A stretch of 63,954 nucleotides of DNA, the filler included, from Elsinoe ampelina (lineage: Eukaryota): NCBI GenBank assembly GCA_010093995.1. It is 17 parts of 17 records of this genome, joined end to end, with 100 filler letters (N's around TTAATTAATTAA, not from the genome) between each part and the next. Parts side by side here need not be neighbours in the genome. Positions count along the whole stretch, not along the records: positions 49,910 to 53,134 come from ML992610.1; positions 53,235 to 56,383 come from ML992611.1; positions 56,484 to 59,611 come from ML992612.1; positions 59,712 to 62,717 come from ML992614.1; positions 62,818 to 63,954 come from ML992657.1; 12 more parts are not named here. One strand, 5' to 3'. A program made the position numbers and the translations under genes. Within the stretch, counting starts at the first letter, position 1, and each line of letters begins with the position of its first letter. The notes below the pieces were generated by a model. That model had not been told where the DNA came from. It did no database searches and saw only the letters and a program-made list of their open reading frames with translations. Shown here in pieces: positions 49,910 to 62,951 of the stretch.

Positions 49910-50965
49910 TAAGTGCTAGAATAGCTCTAATAGGAGAATAAGTAGGGGAATATTCCTAGATAGAGGCCTAGTTAGCTTTATGTTATTCTATTATAAGGTA
50001 TCTAGGATTAAGAGCAGAGTAAGAATAGTATATAGATATATCCCTTAGAAAGTTAGCTAGTTAGTAGTATATTATCTCTAGCTTATAAGACCTTTTAGTA
50101 GGCAGCTAAATAGCTTCTAGAGGGGCAACTATAAGGACAGTAAGTATCTCTAGGAGCTAGAACCTAAGGCTAAGTAGAGTAATAAGGAGGTAGAAGATTA
50201 TAGCTCTAGGTCTAATAGAGAAGAACTTATAGATGTTACTAGTTAGGATAAAGAGGTAAGAGAGTTAGTAGAGACCTTACTACTAGGACTACTAGCTAGA
50301 TAGCCTAAGAACCTTAATAGATTCTAGAGTACTAATAGGAGAAGAAGAGTACTTAGTAGGGAGACTTCTAGTTATATAGAGGCTAGGATTACTATAGCAT
50401 TCTAGAGGTAGGTCTACTCTACTATCTAGAGAAACTATACTAAAGATATATCTACTAGAGCTATCCTAGATAATCTATTTACCTATAAAGAGAAGGCTTA
50501 GGTAAAGGGCTTAATAGGAAAGAGTAAAGAACTGTCCCTAAATATTAGAGAAGAGTAGTTAAGCTATAGTAAGTAGATAGAAGAGTTAGTATATAGAATT
50601 CTCTACTCTAAGTCTCCTAATAGTACTCTATTAGAAAGAGAAGACTTTAGGAAGGTTAGTATAGATTAGTATAAGTTTCTAAGCTTCTCTTCTATACTAG
50701 AAGATCCTATTAAAGGCTCTAAGGCTAGGAGATAAGAAGAACTTTAGCTTAAGGTAGACTAGTTTCTTCGCTAGAAGAAGATTAGAGCTATCTAGCTTAC
50801 CTAGGCACTATATTAACTCTATAGGCTAGGTGCTATATTTCGAAGCCTATAGAAGAAGGCTCTAAAGACTATTATTAAGAGAGAGTAGAGACTTATAGTA
50901 ATTATAGACATAGGAAAGAAGAAGAGCTTATTATTTATACTACTAGTAAAGGTAGTCCCTAGGGG
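49910..50965 (+). pseudogene. RIP'd RecQ-like / telomere-linked-helicase (TLH)-type gene fragment
   Basis: De-RIP'd YHK...RIVHRYIP..VGQLVVYYLWLVRPF (~49990-50095), AFWRQVYSAIQR (~50400), Q.GHS....LVYG (~50555), FRKVSIDWHKFLGF (~50645) and FRSLQKKAL...VVIMDTG.GKSLLFMLPA (Walker A, ~50840-50950). The gene is cut off after motif I. Confidence 0.8.
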
Positions 50966-53134
50966 CCTAGACACTATATGTCTTAGGAGGAAGAGTATAT
51001 TCTAATAGTTTTACTAGAGCAAAGTTAGAGTATTTTCCTAGATTCTAATAGGATTCCTAACCTCTATTCTTTAGGACTTCCTAAGATTTTTTCCCTCTAA
51101 ATTTTTTAGAGATTACTTATATTACCTAGGTCCTCTATAATACTTAGTATTATCTAGAATTATCGAGTATTACTCCTAGAATCTAGGTTATAGTATGCTA
51201 GGACTATCCTAAAAATCTTTTAAAGTTCCTAAGAAAATATAGAGTAGAGGTCTTAGTAGCTTTGCTCCTAATAGTTAGAAACTCTAGAACATCCCTACAA
51301 ATTTAGAGAGGCCTAGGCAGACTAGTAGATAGACATAAAATACATATTGAAGTAGAATAAATTTCCTAGTAAATAGAAGGTCTAAGAATTATAGATAACT
51401 CTATAGTACTTAGATTATATATATAAATATTGCTCCTAGAGTTATTAGGGAAATCCTAGAGCCTATAATCCTTAATTAAATAATAGACAACTAGGATCTT
51501 TAGTAGAAATACCTACCTCCCCTCCTATCTTTGTCTTTTCTAACTACCTCTTAGTATTCCCCTATTATTTTCCGGGGTCTAGGGTTCTTAGGATAGCTAG
51601 ATTGATATTTAATAGCTTTTTATAATACTAGATTCAGATCTAGTAAGTATATTATATCGGCAGGAGTTAGAATAGAATTCTTAAGGGCTTATAGTTCCGC
51701 TAGAGTATAGAGCTATAATTATAAGTCTATCTACCTAAAGGTTTAGGCTATTGTTCCTATTATATTACCTATTGTTATATTGCTCTAGGCAACAATAAAC
51801 TTTTATAAGGAATTGTTAGTAAGCATTCCTAGTTTAGCCCCTAGTAGCTAGGCGTTAGTTAGTACATCCTAAGTCTCTAGGGATTATAACCTAGGCCTTT
51901 TATATGCTATATTTATATACTCCTTTATTATTATATTACTCTTTGTTTTATATGCCTAGCTACCTAGCATGACTTACAGATCTTATATATCTCTTTTATT
52001 CCCTCTAGCTTTCTTCCTTTCTCTTCTTATTACCTTTATTATAGTAAGTTTGCCCTATTATAGCTAGATCCTTATCTAGTCCCTTTAAGAGAGTTAAAGT
52101 AGCTAGAGATACTACTACAGAGATTAAATAGCTTCTAATTAGCTCTAGAAAGAACTAGCTTTATAGCTCACCTATAGCCTTTATAGCCTTTATAGCTTTT
52201 ATAGAGCTTTTTACTAGTAAGAGATAGATATACCTAGTAGCTCTTTACACTAATAAGCCTAGTAGCCTTTATAGCAATATATATAGCTCTATTTAGCTTA
52301 TAGATCTTATCTCTGCTGCTTTAACTCTACTAAGAGGCCTTAAATAAGAACCTTTAGTAAATGTAAGCCTTCCTAAGAACCCTAACTAACTATAACTTCT
52401 AGTTCTAACCTCCTAGCTCTCCTGCAATTTTACCTTCCTTCCTAAATAACTTCCTAAGCCTAGCGCTCCTAGCAACTATTATAGCTCCTAGAGCCTTGTA
52501 TACTAGGACTCCTATAACCTTCCTAGCTACTACTAGAGATAGGGTTACTAACCTAAATACCCTAAGTAAGCCCTAAGCCCCTAATACATATCCTGATTTT
52601 ACTAACACTTCTAGGCTATACCTAGGTTCCTATAACTCTTCTCTTTGCCTAGTAGGTCTAGGCTAACCTCTAGGGACTTAATATAGCCTAGCGTAATTCC
52701 CTAGATGCCTAGGTTAAACCCCTAGTTAACGCTAATCTCTAGGTCTTTACTAGGACTAGTCTTAAGTTCTAGCTTAACTAGCCTATTAACCTAAGGACTC
52801 CTAGAACGACTATAAACCTTTCTAGATCTAATACTAACTACCTGGTTTCTCTACTCGTCTATAGCGCTTCTAGGTATACTATCTACCTAGCTAGTTAGAA
52901 GTATACTTCCTATGCTTAGGGGAATAACAAATATAACTCCTATGTTACTATAACTACTCCTAATAGCACTATACTCCTAAGGGGCTCCTATACTAACTAT
53001 AGCTTCTAGAACAATTACTATAGCTATAGCTTGTCTAGTACGTGTTCCTAAGTTTCCTAATCGATCCTAACTAACATAAGTCCTAGACTACTAGAGAGCT
53101 TCTAGATGCCTCTCTACTAACCCTACCCCTATAC
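50966..53134. mobile_element. Unidentified RIP'd sequence interrupting the helicase gene
   Basis: Helicase homology stops near 50965. The following DNA is CCTAG/CTAGG-rich and later Pro-rich coding-like. Confidence 0.4.
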
Positions 53135-56045
53135 NNNNNNNNNNNNNNNNNNNNNNNNNNNNNNNNNNNNNNNNNNNNTTAATTAATTAANNNNNNNNNN
53201 NNNNNNNNNNNNNNNNNNNNNNNNNNNNNNNNNNCCTAAAGAGTTATTCTGCCGAACTAGTATATTATTACCCCCGTTAAACGAATTACCTCCCTAGTAA
53301 TAAGTAGACAAGTATAAAACAATATAGCTTAAAGCATTAAGCTTATTATGTTTTATATTAATCGAAGGATATATAATAGTAAGTAATAGGTAGGTTAGGC
53401 GAAAAATTTATAGGCTATCTTTAAATATCCTACGTAGGTCTATAGCGTATAATAGAGTTCCTAATTAGACGCACGATCTATACGCCTTTAGAATACACTT
53501 TTAATATCCGTTAGGTTTAGTCTCTACTATCTAATATTATCTTCTATTATTATCTTCTACCTTTAGTATATAATCTCTAGCTTATCTCTTTAGCTACTCT
53601 CTACTTTATACTATAGACCTACCTCTTATTTAATCCGTATACTAGTACTTCTAAGAGTTCTACGACTCTTCTACCTACTTAATAGAGATAGGGCAGTATA
53701 GCTATAATAAGACTAGTAATGCTATAGTAGTCGTAACGCGTTAGCTATCTACTATAAAATTGCTTATAACCTACTCTAGTAACAGCTATTAACGTAATCT
53801 AATATAGAAGTTAATTAGCCTAGCTCTAGCCCTAGCTAATCTTAAGCTAAGCCTAACGCGTAAGTTAGTACTAGAGGCTATACTTACGAATTAGCTCTAG
53901 ATCTAGGAGGAGTCGTAGCTTATTACCTCCCTAGACTTCCTAAGATAGTAGACTACGACGATCTTACCTATTATAATCTTAGTAATCTTCCCTAAGGTAC
54001 TTTAGCTCTTTAGAAGCGGTAGTAGTATAGTTAAAGTTATAGACTAGACTACTATAGAAAGAGGTATTACTAACTATCTAGATACTAAGGGAGGCCTCTA
54101 GCTTATACTTATAAAGCCGAATCGTCTACGTATAGTCGATTACCGTTTAAGAGCTCTAAGCTTATCTAGGGTGTTAGCCGTCCTTAGTTATCTTATATAG
54201 TACGCCGCTATAGCTTCCCTTACTATCGTAGCTATCTATAGCTAGATAGATAGAGATATAGTATTAGTAATTAGCTACGTCCTTAATATTACCTATAAGA
54301 TTAATAAACTTAAGTAGCTCTACGATATACTTCTTACCTATAATAGTGCTTTATATACTACAGCGCTTAGCTTTATACTACTCTAGATAAGGTTAAGAAT
54401 ACCCGTCCTAGTACTAACTATTATTAACCTGCCTCTACCTAGTCCTACTTTAAATAGAAGTCGCTAAAGTCTTCGATAGCTTTAGGGTTACCTTTAGAAC
54501 TCTAGGACTAACTTAGTTATAGTTAATAGTAGTTACTAAGATCGCATATAAGAGCTAGTAGATAACAATATTATTATAGATTAAGGGTACAGATAAGGAG
54601 TAGGGAGTAAGGTAGCTATAAGCCGGTCTCTATAGTGTTATAGCTACTCCTTATATACGGACTATAATACTATCTTATAGCAGTTAAAGGCTACATAGCG
54701 TAAGGCGTGTATAGTATATACTATAGCTAGTAATTTCGGTTTAGGTTACATAATTCTAATACTATAGTTATATATATTTAATCGGCTATATATAGTTGCC
54801 TAATATTTATATGTCTTAAGTATTGTTCCGAAAGTGTATAACCTTAGGACTAAAGCTAATTTTGCCCTTTTATATAGAAATTGCCTACTAGGTAAGAATC
54901 CTATAATGCTTATAATCTAGCTATCGGATGTTTAACACCCTAGTCGGATTATAGTTATAGTGCTTAGGGCTAACTAAGTAAGTAGTAGAGTTACTAGAGG
55001 AGAGAATACTAATAACACTATATCCTTTAAATATTGTTATATAGGCCACGTATAACAAGAATAAAAAAAATATACTAAGGCGACTAGGCTTTAAAAGTAA
55101 ACAAGAATAAGCGTAAGAATATACTTAAAGTATAGACTAGGTTGTCTGTCTAAAAGTAGACTATATTCTAGAGCCTCGACTAAAATTTAAAGATACTTCT
55201 AGGTACACTAGCTCCTAATGTTAATACTAGTAGTAAGGATCTCCTACTAGGGAATAAGAGTCTTAGATAAAAGTAGACGCTATATTTACTAGTTTGCCTC
55301 CGACACTGCCGTCGCCGAGTAGAAAGCTAGGAGGCTACCTCTACTCTTTAATTAAGGCCTAGGCTAATATATTTATAGCAGATCTAAACTAGACTAATAA
55401 AGACATTCGGAAGATAGAGCGTAACGCAAATACTAACGAGAGATAGCAATACCTATACCTTAGAGAATTAGGAGTAGTTTTTTAACTCGATATTAACTAT
55501 CTACGTAGGGTAAAGTTTAGCCTAATATTTACAAAGGAATACCTAATTATAAAGGTCATTAAGCAAGGTTAGGGAAGATCTCGACAAGGTTTATAATATA
55601 CTCCTTCTAGTCCTTCTATTATTAATATATAGCGTCGGTATAAAGAAATACTCGGAGAAGCTATAAGAAAGGCAAGGAGAGAGTAGTAATAGAATAGGAC
55701 AAAGAGATAGACCGTACTAGTATAGTTCTAAGTATAAGATTCTTACTCCTAGCGACGATACGCTCTAAACTATAATCGATAGCGAGAGGAGGGGCTAAGG
55801 TATAATAAAGAGCGAGAATAAGGTAGGTAGTAGTAATAGTAGTAATAATAGTTAGTGCTCGGAAGCGGGTCTTAAAAACGAGGTAATAAAGGATGTTAAT
55901 AGGACAGTCGTCGGTGTAGATAGTAGATAAGGTTAGTAATAGAGTAGAAGGAAGCGGAACTAGCCTACAACTTAAAGAGATATTATAAAGTCTAACGGTC
56001 TATTAGTAAGACGCGTAGGTGCTAAGGACACGCTATTAAAAAATA

Positions 56046-56383
56046 TAGTCGAATTCGCTTTAAACGAGCTACCCCGGGCTTAGCGATAGTTTATACCGAC
56101 TTCGCATTACTAAAATTTAGTAGCTAGAGGTCTAGATAGAGTACTATCGAATTAAAGCTAAATTAAAGCTCTAAAAAGGTGTAATAATAGCTATACTGCT
56201 TAAATTAAAGTATTACTATTATAGTTAACTATTAGATTACTCTAATTAAGCTAGTAGAGATATAGTTCTTACTTACTAAGGGGTATAGTAACTATAGTAT
56301 ATATTATACTACTAAAGTTACTAGAGCTACTATTTGTTAAATCCGTCTATCTCTTAAGTTCTTTAGTACTCCTTATCTACTAG
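56046..56383. mobile_element. End of the same TA-flanked TIR transposon family as at 30820
   Basis: 87-bp match to 30820-30906, then a different interior, so probably the opposite end of the element. Confidence 0.6.
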
Positions 56384-56483
56384 NNNNNNNNNNNNNNNNN
56401 NNNNNNNNNNNNNNNNNNNNNNNNNNNTTAATTAATTAANNNNNNNNNNNNNNNNNNNNNNNNNNNNNNNNNNNNNNNNNNNN

Positions 56484-59400
56484 AAAATATATCTATATTT
56501 TATTAACCTTTTACTATATAAGTGTATTACCTATAACTATTATATTATCTAACTCTAGCTCTCCTATAGCTAATACTTGTAATATAAGGTCTACTAGTAC
56601 TTAGGGAGCTATTACTACTAGTACTAACTCTATAACTCTCTTACTTCCTAAAGAGAAGACTAATATCTATACTAGGTATACTAATAGCGTTACTAAGAGT
56701 AAGCTAGTAAAGCTCTTATAAGAGATATAACTAATTTATAGTAGGTTATATCTATACTAGAGGTAACTTTAGTATCTTCTTCTATTATAAGTATAAATAC
56801 TATACCTATAGTAAGTATATATATAAGCTACTACTATCTATTCTACGTAATATATATATTAACGCCTTTAATATAGTTACTAAGCTTAAGGCCTCTAACT
56901 AGGCTAGTATTACTATAGCTAAGAAGCGTATATATACTATAGTCTATAAGAATACCCCTAAGGTTAAGAAGTTTAAGACTATACTTAAGGTATACTATAC
57001 TAATAAGAATAAGGTTATTAGCGAGGTCTTAACTTCTTATATAGAGCCTATAGGTAGCTTACTTAGTAGTATTATACTTAAGTATAAGAAGGTTAAGAAG
57101 CTATAGAAGATTAGGTATAGCCTTTATAGCTTAATTACTATTAATAAGAAAGTAAGTTAGACTATACTTCTTATATATTATAAATATAGCTAATAGGTTT
57201 AGATAGTATATAGCTCTAGTAGTTCTACTACTAAAGTTAACTATATTATAGCTAGTAGGTAGCTTATAGCTCCTATAGTACCTATAGAGGAGAATCCTAA
57301 TATAGAGGTAAATAAAGATAGTAATAAGAATAAGTAGGTATATATAAGTTAGGTATATATCTCTAGTACTATACCTATAATAAGGCCTTATATAGACTAT
57401 AATAGAGTATAGAGTTTAGGTTAATACCTATAATAGTAGTATAAGTATAGTACTTTATTAAAAATGTATTTCCTTAGATAAGGAATCTATTCTTTGCTCT
57501 ATTTATATATTTATATAATTTATCTACTTATATACTCTATAATTTATATCTTTAGTAACCTTTCTTAGCTACTCTTAGCTACGACTTATATATAGTAATT
57601 AGCTTTCTTATATTTATATAATTCTCTTTAGATTTCTAGCTATTAAACTTAATAGGCTAGTTCTTTTACTTTACTAGGTAGAATACTTTACTCTTTATAG
57701 TTCTCTTACCTAGGATCTCCTTTACTATTTACTTATCTACTTTATTAGTAAGAGATATACTCTCTTCTAGCTTCTTACTAGCTTTACTTATCTATAGTTT
57801 AAGAAGAGATATATAAAAGACATTATAGATATAATACTAAATTAGTAAAGCTAGGTAATATACCTATAATCTAATTACGTTAAGTATATAAAATAGACTA
57901 AGGAATTATAGTTCTATCTTCTTCTTTAGTATAGGTAGCTATAAGTTCTTAGCTAAGAGTAGTACTAAGTTACCTATACTATATACCTTTAGTATATACT
58001 TCCTATTATAGTACTTAGCCTAGTAGGTAAAAGCCTCTTTCTATTACTCTACTAGCTTTATATATATATCTTATAAGTATTATACTAACTCTACTACTAC
58101 TAGTACTCTTTCCTCTAAAGTCTTATCTTAAGACTTAATAGCTATTACCTCTAACTCTAGATAGTAGCTATATATTATTTAGAAGGGGCTTATATATAGT
58201 ATAGTATAAACGCTATTATTACTTATAAATTCTACTTATAATAGATATTTAGCCTAGTTGTTCTATAGCTCTATATAGTAGTAACTTAGGTACTATTCTA
58301 ATATCTAGTTTTACTATTTAGTTTAATTATCTATCTATAGATAGAAGGCTATACTAAGCCTATACTTTATATGTGTTTTATAATAGAATTTACTCTAGAA
58401 CTAGCTAGTAAAGACTAATTCTCGATTATTTACTATTTTTCCTAGAATACTATAATAGTAAATAATATAGTTATATAGAATCTCTACTAGCTCTATAGAT
58501 GTATATTTCTTAGTAGTAGAGACATATAGTAACATCTTAGTATAATAGTCTATAATTACTAGTACTATATTATAGATACTACTACCTTACTTACTTAGTA
58601 GTAGGTTAGTAATAAAATCTATTATAATTTCTTACTATAGGTAGTCTAGTATTAGTAGTATATATAGCTTACTATAGAGATAATAGTAGTATGCCTTATA
58701 TTTCTAGTATACTTAGTATAACTATACGTAGTTATTACTATTTTTAATTATAGTTAGCTAGAAGTATTTCTATAAGAGAAGATTAAGTATCTTATCTTTA
58801 CTAAAGTAACTAGCCTATTTACTATTATAGTATATATATAGTATCTATACTCTTAAGGTACTATTATTTAGAATAACTAGTATATCCTAGTAGAATAAGA
58901 GGTTATCTTATAAGTTCTATAGTACTTTACTCTTATCTCTACTACTCTCTACTTATAAATATAGCTTTATAACTTTAGAGTCTTATCCTTATAGTAGCTC
59001 TATAACTAATAATAAGTTAGTAGATAGATTCTTAAAGAGATTCTCTCTTACTATTACTATAATAGTAACTTACTAAGTTATTATAAGCCTCTAGAAGTTC
59101 TTAGAAGAGATTTTACCTTTATATAGTATATAGGTAGCCTAGGCCTACTCTAGAGTAGTCTTATATATAGCTTAAATACGTCTAACTAGTAGGGCTAATT
59201 CCTTAGAGTTAGTAGACTAGTCCTAGATCTAAAGCTTATTCTAAAGAGTTAGAAGAAGATAAGATACCTTCTACTTCTTAGCTATATACTTAAAGTACCT
59301 TAAGAGTATATTAGCTAGGTTCCTTATACCTAGCTAATACTCTATTATAAAGTTAAAAGTAGTAAGGAAGGTAGCCTAGTAAGCTTATTAGCTATTTAGC

Positions 59401-59611
59401 TATTTTAGCTTTATAAATCCTTAGAGATTATTATAGTTAGTAAGTACCTAAATTATATATAAGATATCTTTAAGATAGTATTACTATTACTTAAATATAT
59501 ATATAATTACTAATAGCTCTTAGTTATATATCTCGTAATTATACTTAGCTAGGATAAACTTCCTTAACTAAAAGATAATTAAGTACTAAGTACTATTAAA
59601 TAGCTAGGATA
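56484..59611 (-). mobile_element. RIP-saturated Gypsy G2 copy: RNase H, integrase, chromodomain and accessory region
   Basis: Reverse-complement colinear with 35437-38760, without the solo LTR. Confidence 0.92.
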
Positions 59612-59711
59612 NNNNNNNNNNNNNNNNNNNNNNNNNNNNNNNNNNNNNNNNNNNNTTAATTAATTAANNNNNNNNNNNNNNNNNNNNNNNNNNNNNNNNN
59701 NNNNNNNNNNN

Positions 59712-62700
59712 CTAATATTATAGAGATAGACTCTATTAAGTAAACTCCCCTAAAGGAAGAAGAAACTCTTATAGAGTAGCTACTATACCTATATACTAAG
59801 TATAAGCGTTTAAAGCTAGAGCTTAAGGCTTAAAGCCTTAAGAAAGAGATTAAGTAGATATATTATATATATAATATAGAATATACTTCTACTAGCTTTA
59901 GCTATAGCTTATATATCTCTATAAAGTACGTAGTAAGTAAAGCTAGTATCTAGAGTATATATAACACTAGTAGACTATTTATAAGACTATTCTTAGAATA
60001 ACCTTAATTAAGAGAGCCTTATCTCTATTAGAGTAAGACACTTAAAGAGGTAAGATTCTTCCTAAAGGATCTTAAGGTTATCTTTACTTTAGCTTCTAAG
60101 GCTTATTTTACTAATTAGTAGAAGGTACTATATAAAGTTATATTCCTTACTAGTAAGCTAGATAAGATATAGTATTACTACTACTACGTAGATAGCCTAG
60201 AGAGCTATATTTAGGAGTAATTTTACTAGTTTATATAGGACGTAGTTAACGACCTTATTAACTATAGAGTATATGTAACTCTTATATATAAGGGTACTTA
60301 ATAACGTAAGAGCTAATCTATCTAGGCCTTTACTTTAGAACTTACTACCCTAGAGGAGTAACTAGCTCTCTACTTAAAAGAGTAAAGAGTATACTATCTC
60401 CTTACTAAGTTATAGCCTATACTATATACTACTATTATTAAGTACTATACTATTCTAGCTACTTACTAAGAATTAGTGTCTCTTAGCTCTTATATTAAAT
60501 TATTAGACTATATAAGCTATAAGTATTCTACCTATAAAGAGAACTTAGACCTACTATATAAGTATAAGACCTAAGGTAGCTCTTAGAAAGGAAACTACTA
60601 CTAGTCTAGTAGTAGCTCTTAAGCTTATTATAAGTAGGAGGCTACTAACCTATCTACTAAATAGTTTAGTAAGTAAGAGAGTACCTCTAATATATAGAAG
60701 AAGAATAGTAAGTATTATAGCTATAGTAAAACTAGTTATATTAAGCTAGAGTATAGATTAAAGTATTTATAGAAAGATAAGGAGTTATAGGTAGTATATA
60801 AGGTAGCTACTATAGATAAGGTTAATAACTCTAAGCTAGTAAACTCTAAGAGCTTAGCTAATAAGTATAACTAAGCTCTACTCTTCTTTTAATTAATACT
60901 TACCTATTACTACTCTACTATAGTACTATTATAGTATCTATCGACTATAAGGACTATATATTCCTTATAGATAATTATATAGAAGTTAATCTCGTATCTT
61001 AGGTATTTACTCTTTACTATAATCTACTAAGAGTTAAGTATACTTAGTACTTAAGTATATCTTCTTTTATAGAGTAAGCTAGATTCTACTATAGTATATA
61101 CTATCTTTGTATATATCTAGTAAACTCCTATAGTACCCTTAAGGAGATAATTAGCCTCTTCTATACTATAGACTTAGAACTAGGCTTTCTAGTTATTTTA
61201 GAGTACCTATAGTAGAGAAGATAATATATAATTATAGATAGTACTATAGATAACTAGTTATATAGCTACTCCTTATATATAGTTTACCTACGTAAACTAG
61301 AAGACTTTATAAAGGACCTCTAGAATAAGCTAAGGGTATATACTATAGTATAAACTCTATCTAAGGACTATACCTATACTATAGGTAACCTAGCTCTACT
61401 ATTAGAGTTTATAGAGTTCTTTAATATCTTTATCTATAAGGATATTACTAAATTACTATACCTACTAGGTACTAAGTATATAATTAAGCTAGAGCCTAGT
61501 AAAAGGCCTCTATTCTAGCTCTTATATAACCTCTTAGTTAATAAGCTTAAAGTACTTAAGGACTATCTTAAGACTACTAAATTAAATAAGTAGATCTAGT
61601 ACTTTATAAGTAAGGTAAGTACTTCTATCTTATTTATACCTAAAAAGGATAGTACCCTATACTTATATATAGATTACTAGGGCTTAAATAAGGTAACTAT
61701 TAAGAATTACTACCTACTCTTACTTATTAGTAAGATACTTAATTAGCTTAGGTAAGCTTAGTAGTTCTTAAAGTTAAATCTAAAGGATACTTACTATAGG
61801 ATCTCTATTAAGTATAGTAATAAGTAGAAGACTATATTCTATATATACTATAGCTATTTTAAGTACTTAGTTATATCTTTTAGATTAACTAACACCCTAG
61901 CTACCTTCTAAGTATATATTAATAAGGTACTAGGTAGGCTAGTTAATACTATCTATATTATCTACCTTAATAAGATTCTTATCTATAGTAATTTAAGGGA
62001 GAACTATATATATTATATTTATAAGATCCTAGTAAAGCTAGAGAAGTTTACTTTATATACTAACCTTAAGAAATATAAATTCTTTACTAAGAAGGTAGAA
62101 TTCCTTAGCTATATTATCTCTACTATAGGTATCTTAATAGACTCTAGTAAAGTAACTATAACTAAGAATTAGCTAAGGCTAAAGAGTTATTATAAGGTCT
62201 AGTAGTTTACTAGCTTTATAAACTTCTATTATTACTTTATATAATACTACTCTAAGATTATTACTCTTCTCTTTAGCCTCCTTAAAGGCTTAGTTAAAGG
62301 TTATAAGTATAGCTCTTTTATATAGAGTATAAGTAAATAGTAGATATTTAAGAATATTAAAGGTACCTTTATATATACCTCTATCCTTTATTACTATAAT
62401 TCTATACTACCTCTATATATTAAAAGTAATATATTAAAGTTTATAGTAGTAGTAATTCTATCCTAGCTATTTAATAGTACTTAGTACTTAATTATCTTTT
62501 AGTTAAGGAAGTTTATCCTAGCTAAGTATAATTACGAGATATATAACTAAGAGCTATTAGTAATTATATATATATTTAAGTAATAGTAATACTATCTTAA
62601 AGATATCTTATATATAATTTAGGTACTTACTAACTATAATAATCTCTAAGGATTTATAAAGCTAAAATAGCTAAATAGCTAATAAGCTTACTAGGCTACC

Positions 62701-62717
62701 TTCCTTACTACTTTTAA
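59712..62717 (+). mobile_element. RIP-saturated Gypsy G2 copy: gag, zinc knuckle, PR, RT, RNase H
   Basis: De-RIP'd CYGCGKTGHIKPEC (~60713-60754), LCVDY.GLNKVTIKN.YPLP, EWKTAF..RYGHFEYLVM.FGLTN.PATFQ and RNase H. Confidence 0.92.
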
Positions 62718-62817
62718 NNNNNNNNNNNNNNNNNNNNNNNNNNNNNNNNNNNNNNNNNNNNTTAATTAATTAANNNNNNNNNNNNNNNNNNNNNNNNNNN
62801 NNNNNNNNNNNNNNNNN

Positions 62818-62951
62818 ATAGAGTAATTGACTATTCTTGTTCAAAAGTGCCTTTTTACGTGCGCGACTTGTGGGGGTGCGCGACTCGTGGGTGGGTCACG
62901 TTAGGGGCGTGCGCGGATTGTGGGGATGCGCGGATTGTGGGTGGATCACGT
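62818..62951. mobile_element. Two stacked Fot1/pogo TIRs: a copy-A-type right end (to 62901) inserted at TA just inside a related element's TIR (62908-62951)
   Basis: 62818-62901 matches 43332-43415 with one mismatch. Then TA, GGGG-CGTGCGCGGATTGTGG...ATCACGT and TA at 62952-62953. Confidence 0.85.

Noticed and set aside
62901..62907. TTAGGGG as a telomeric repeat
   Set aside because: It is a single occurrence formed by a TIR end, the TA target site and the next TIR. There is no tandem TTAGGG array in the window.
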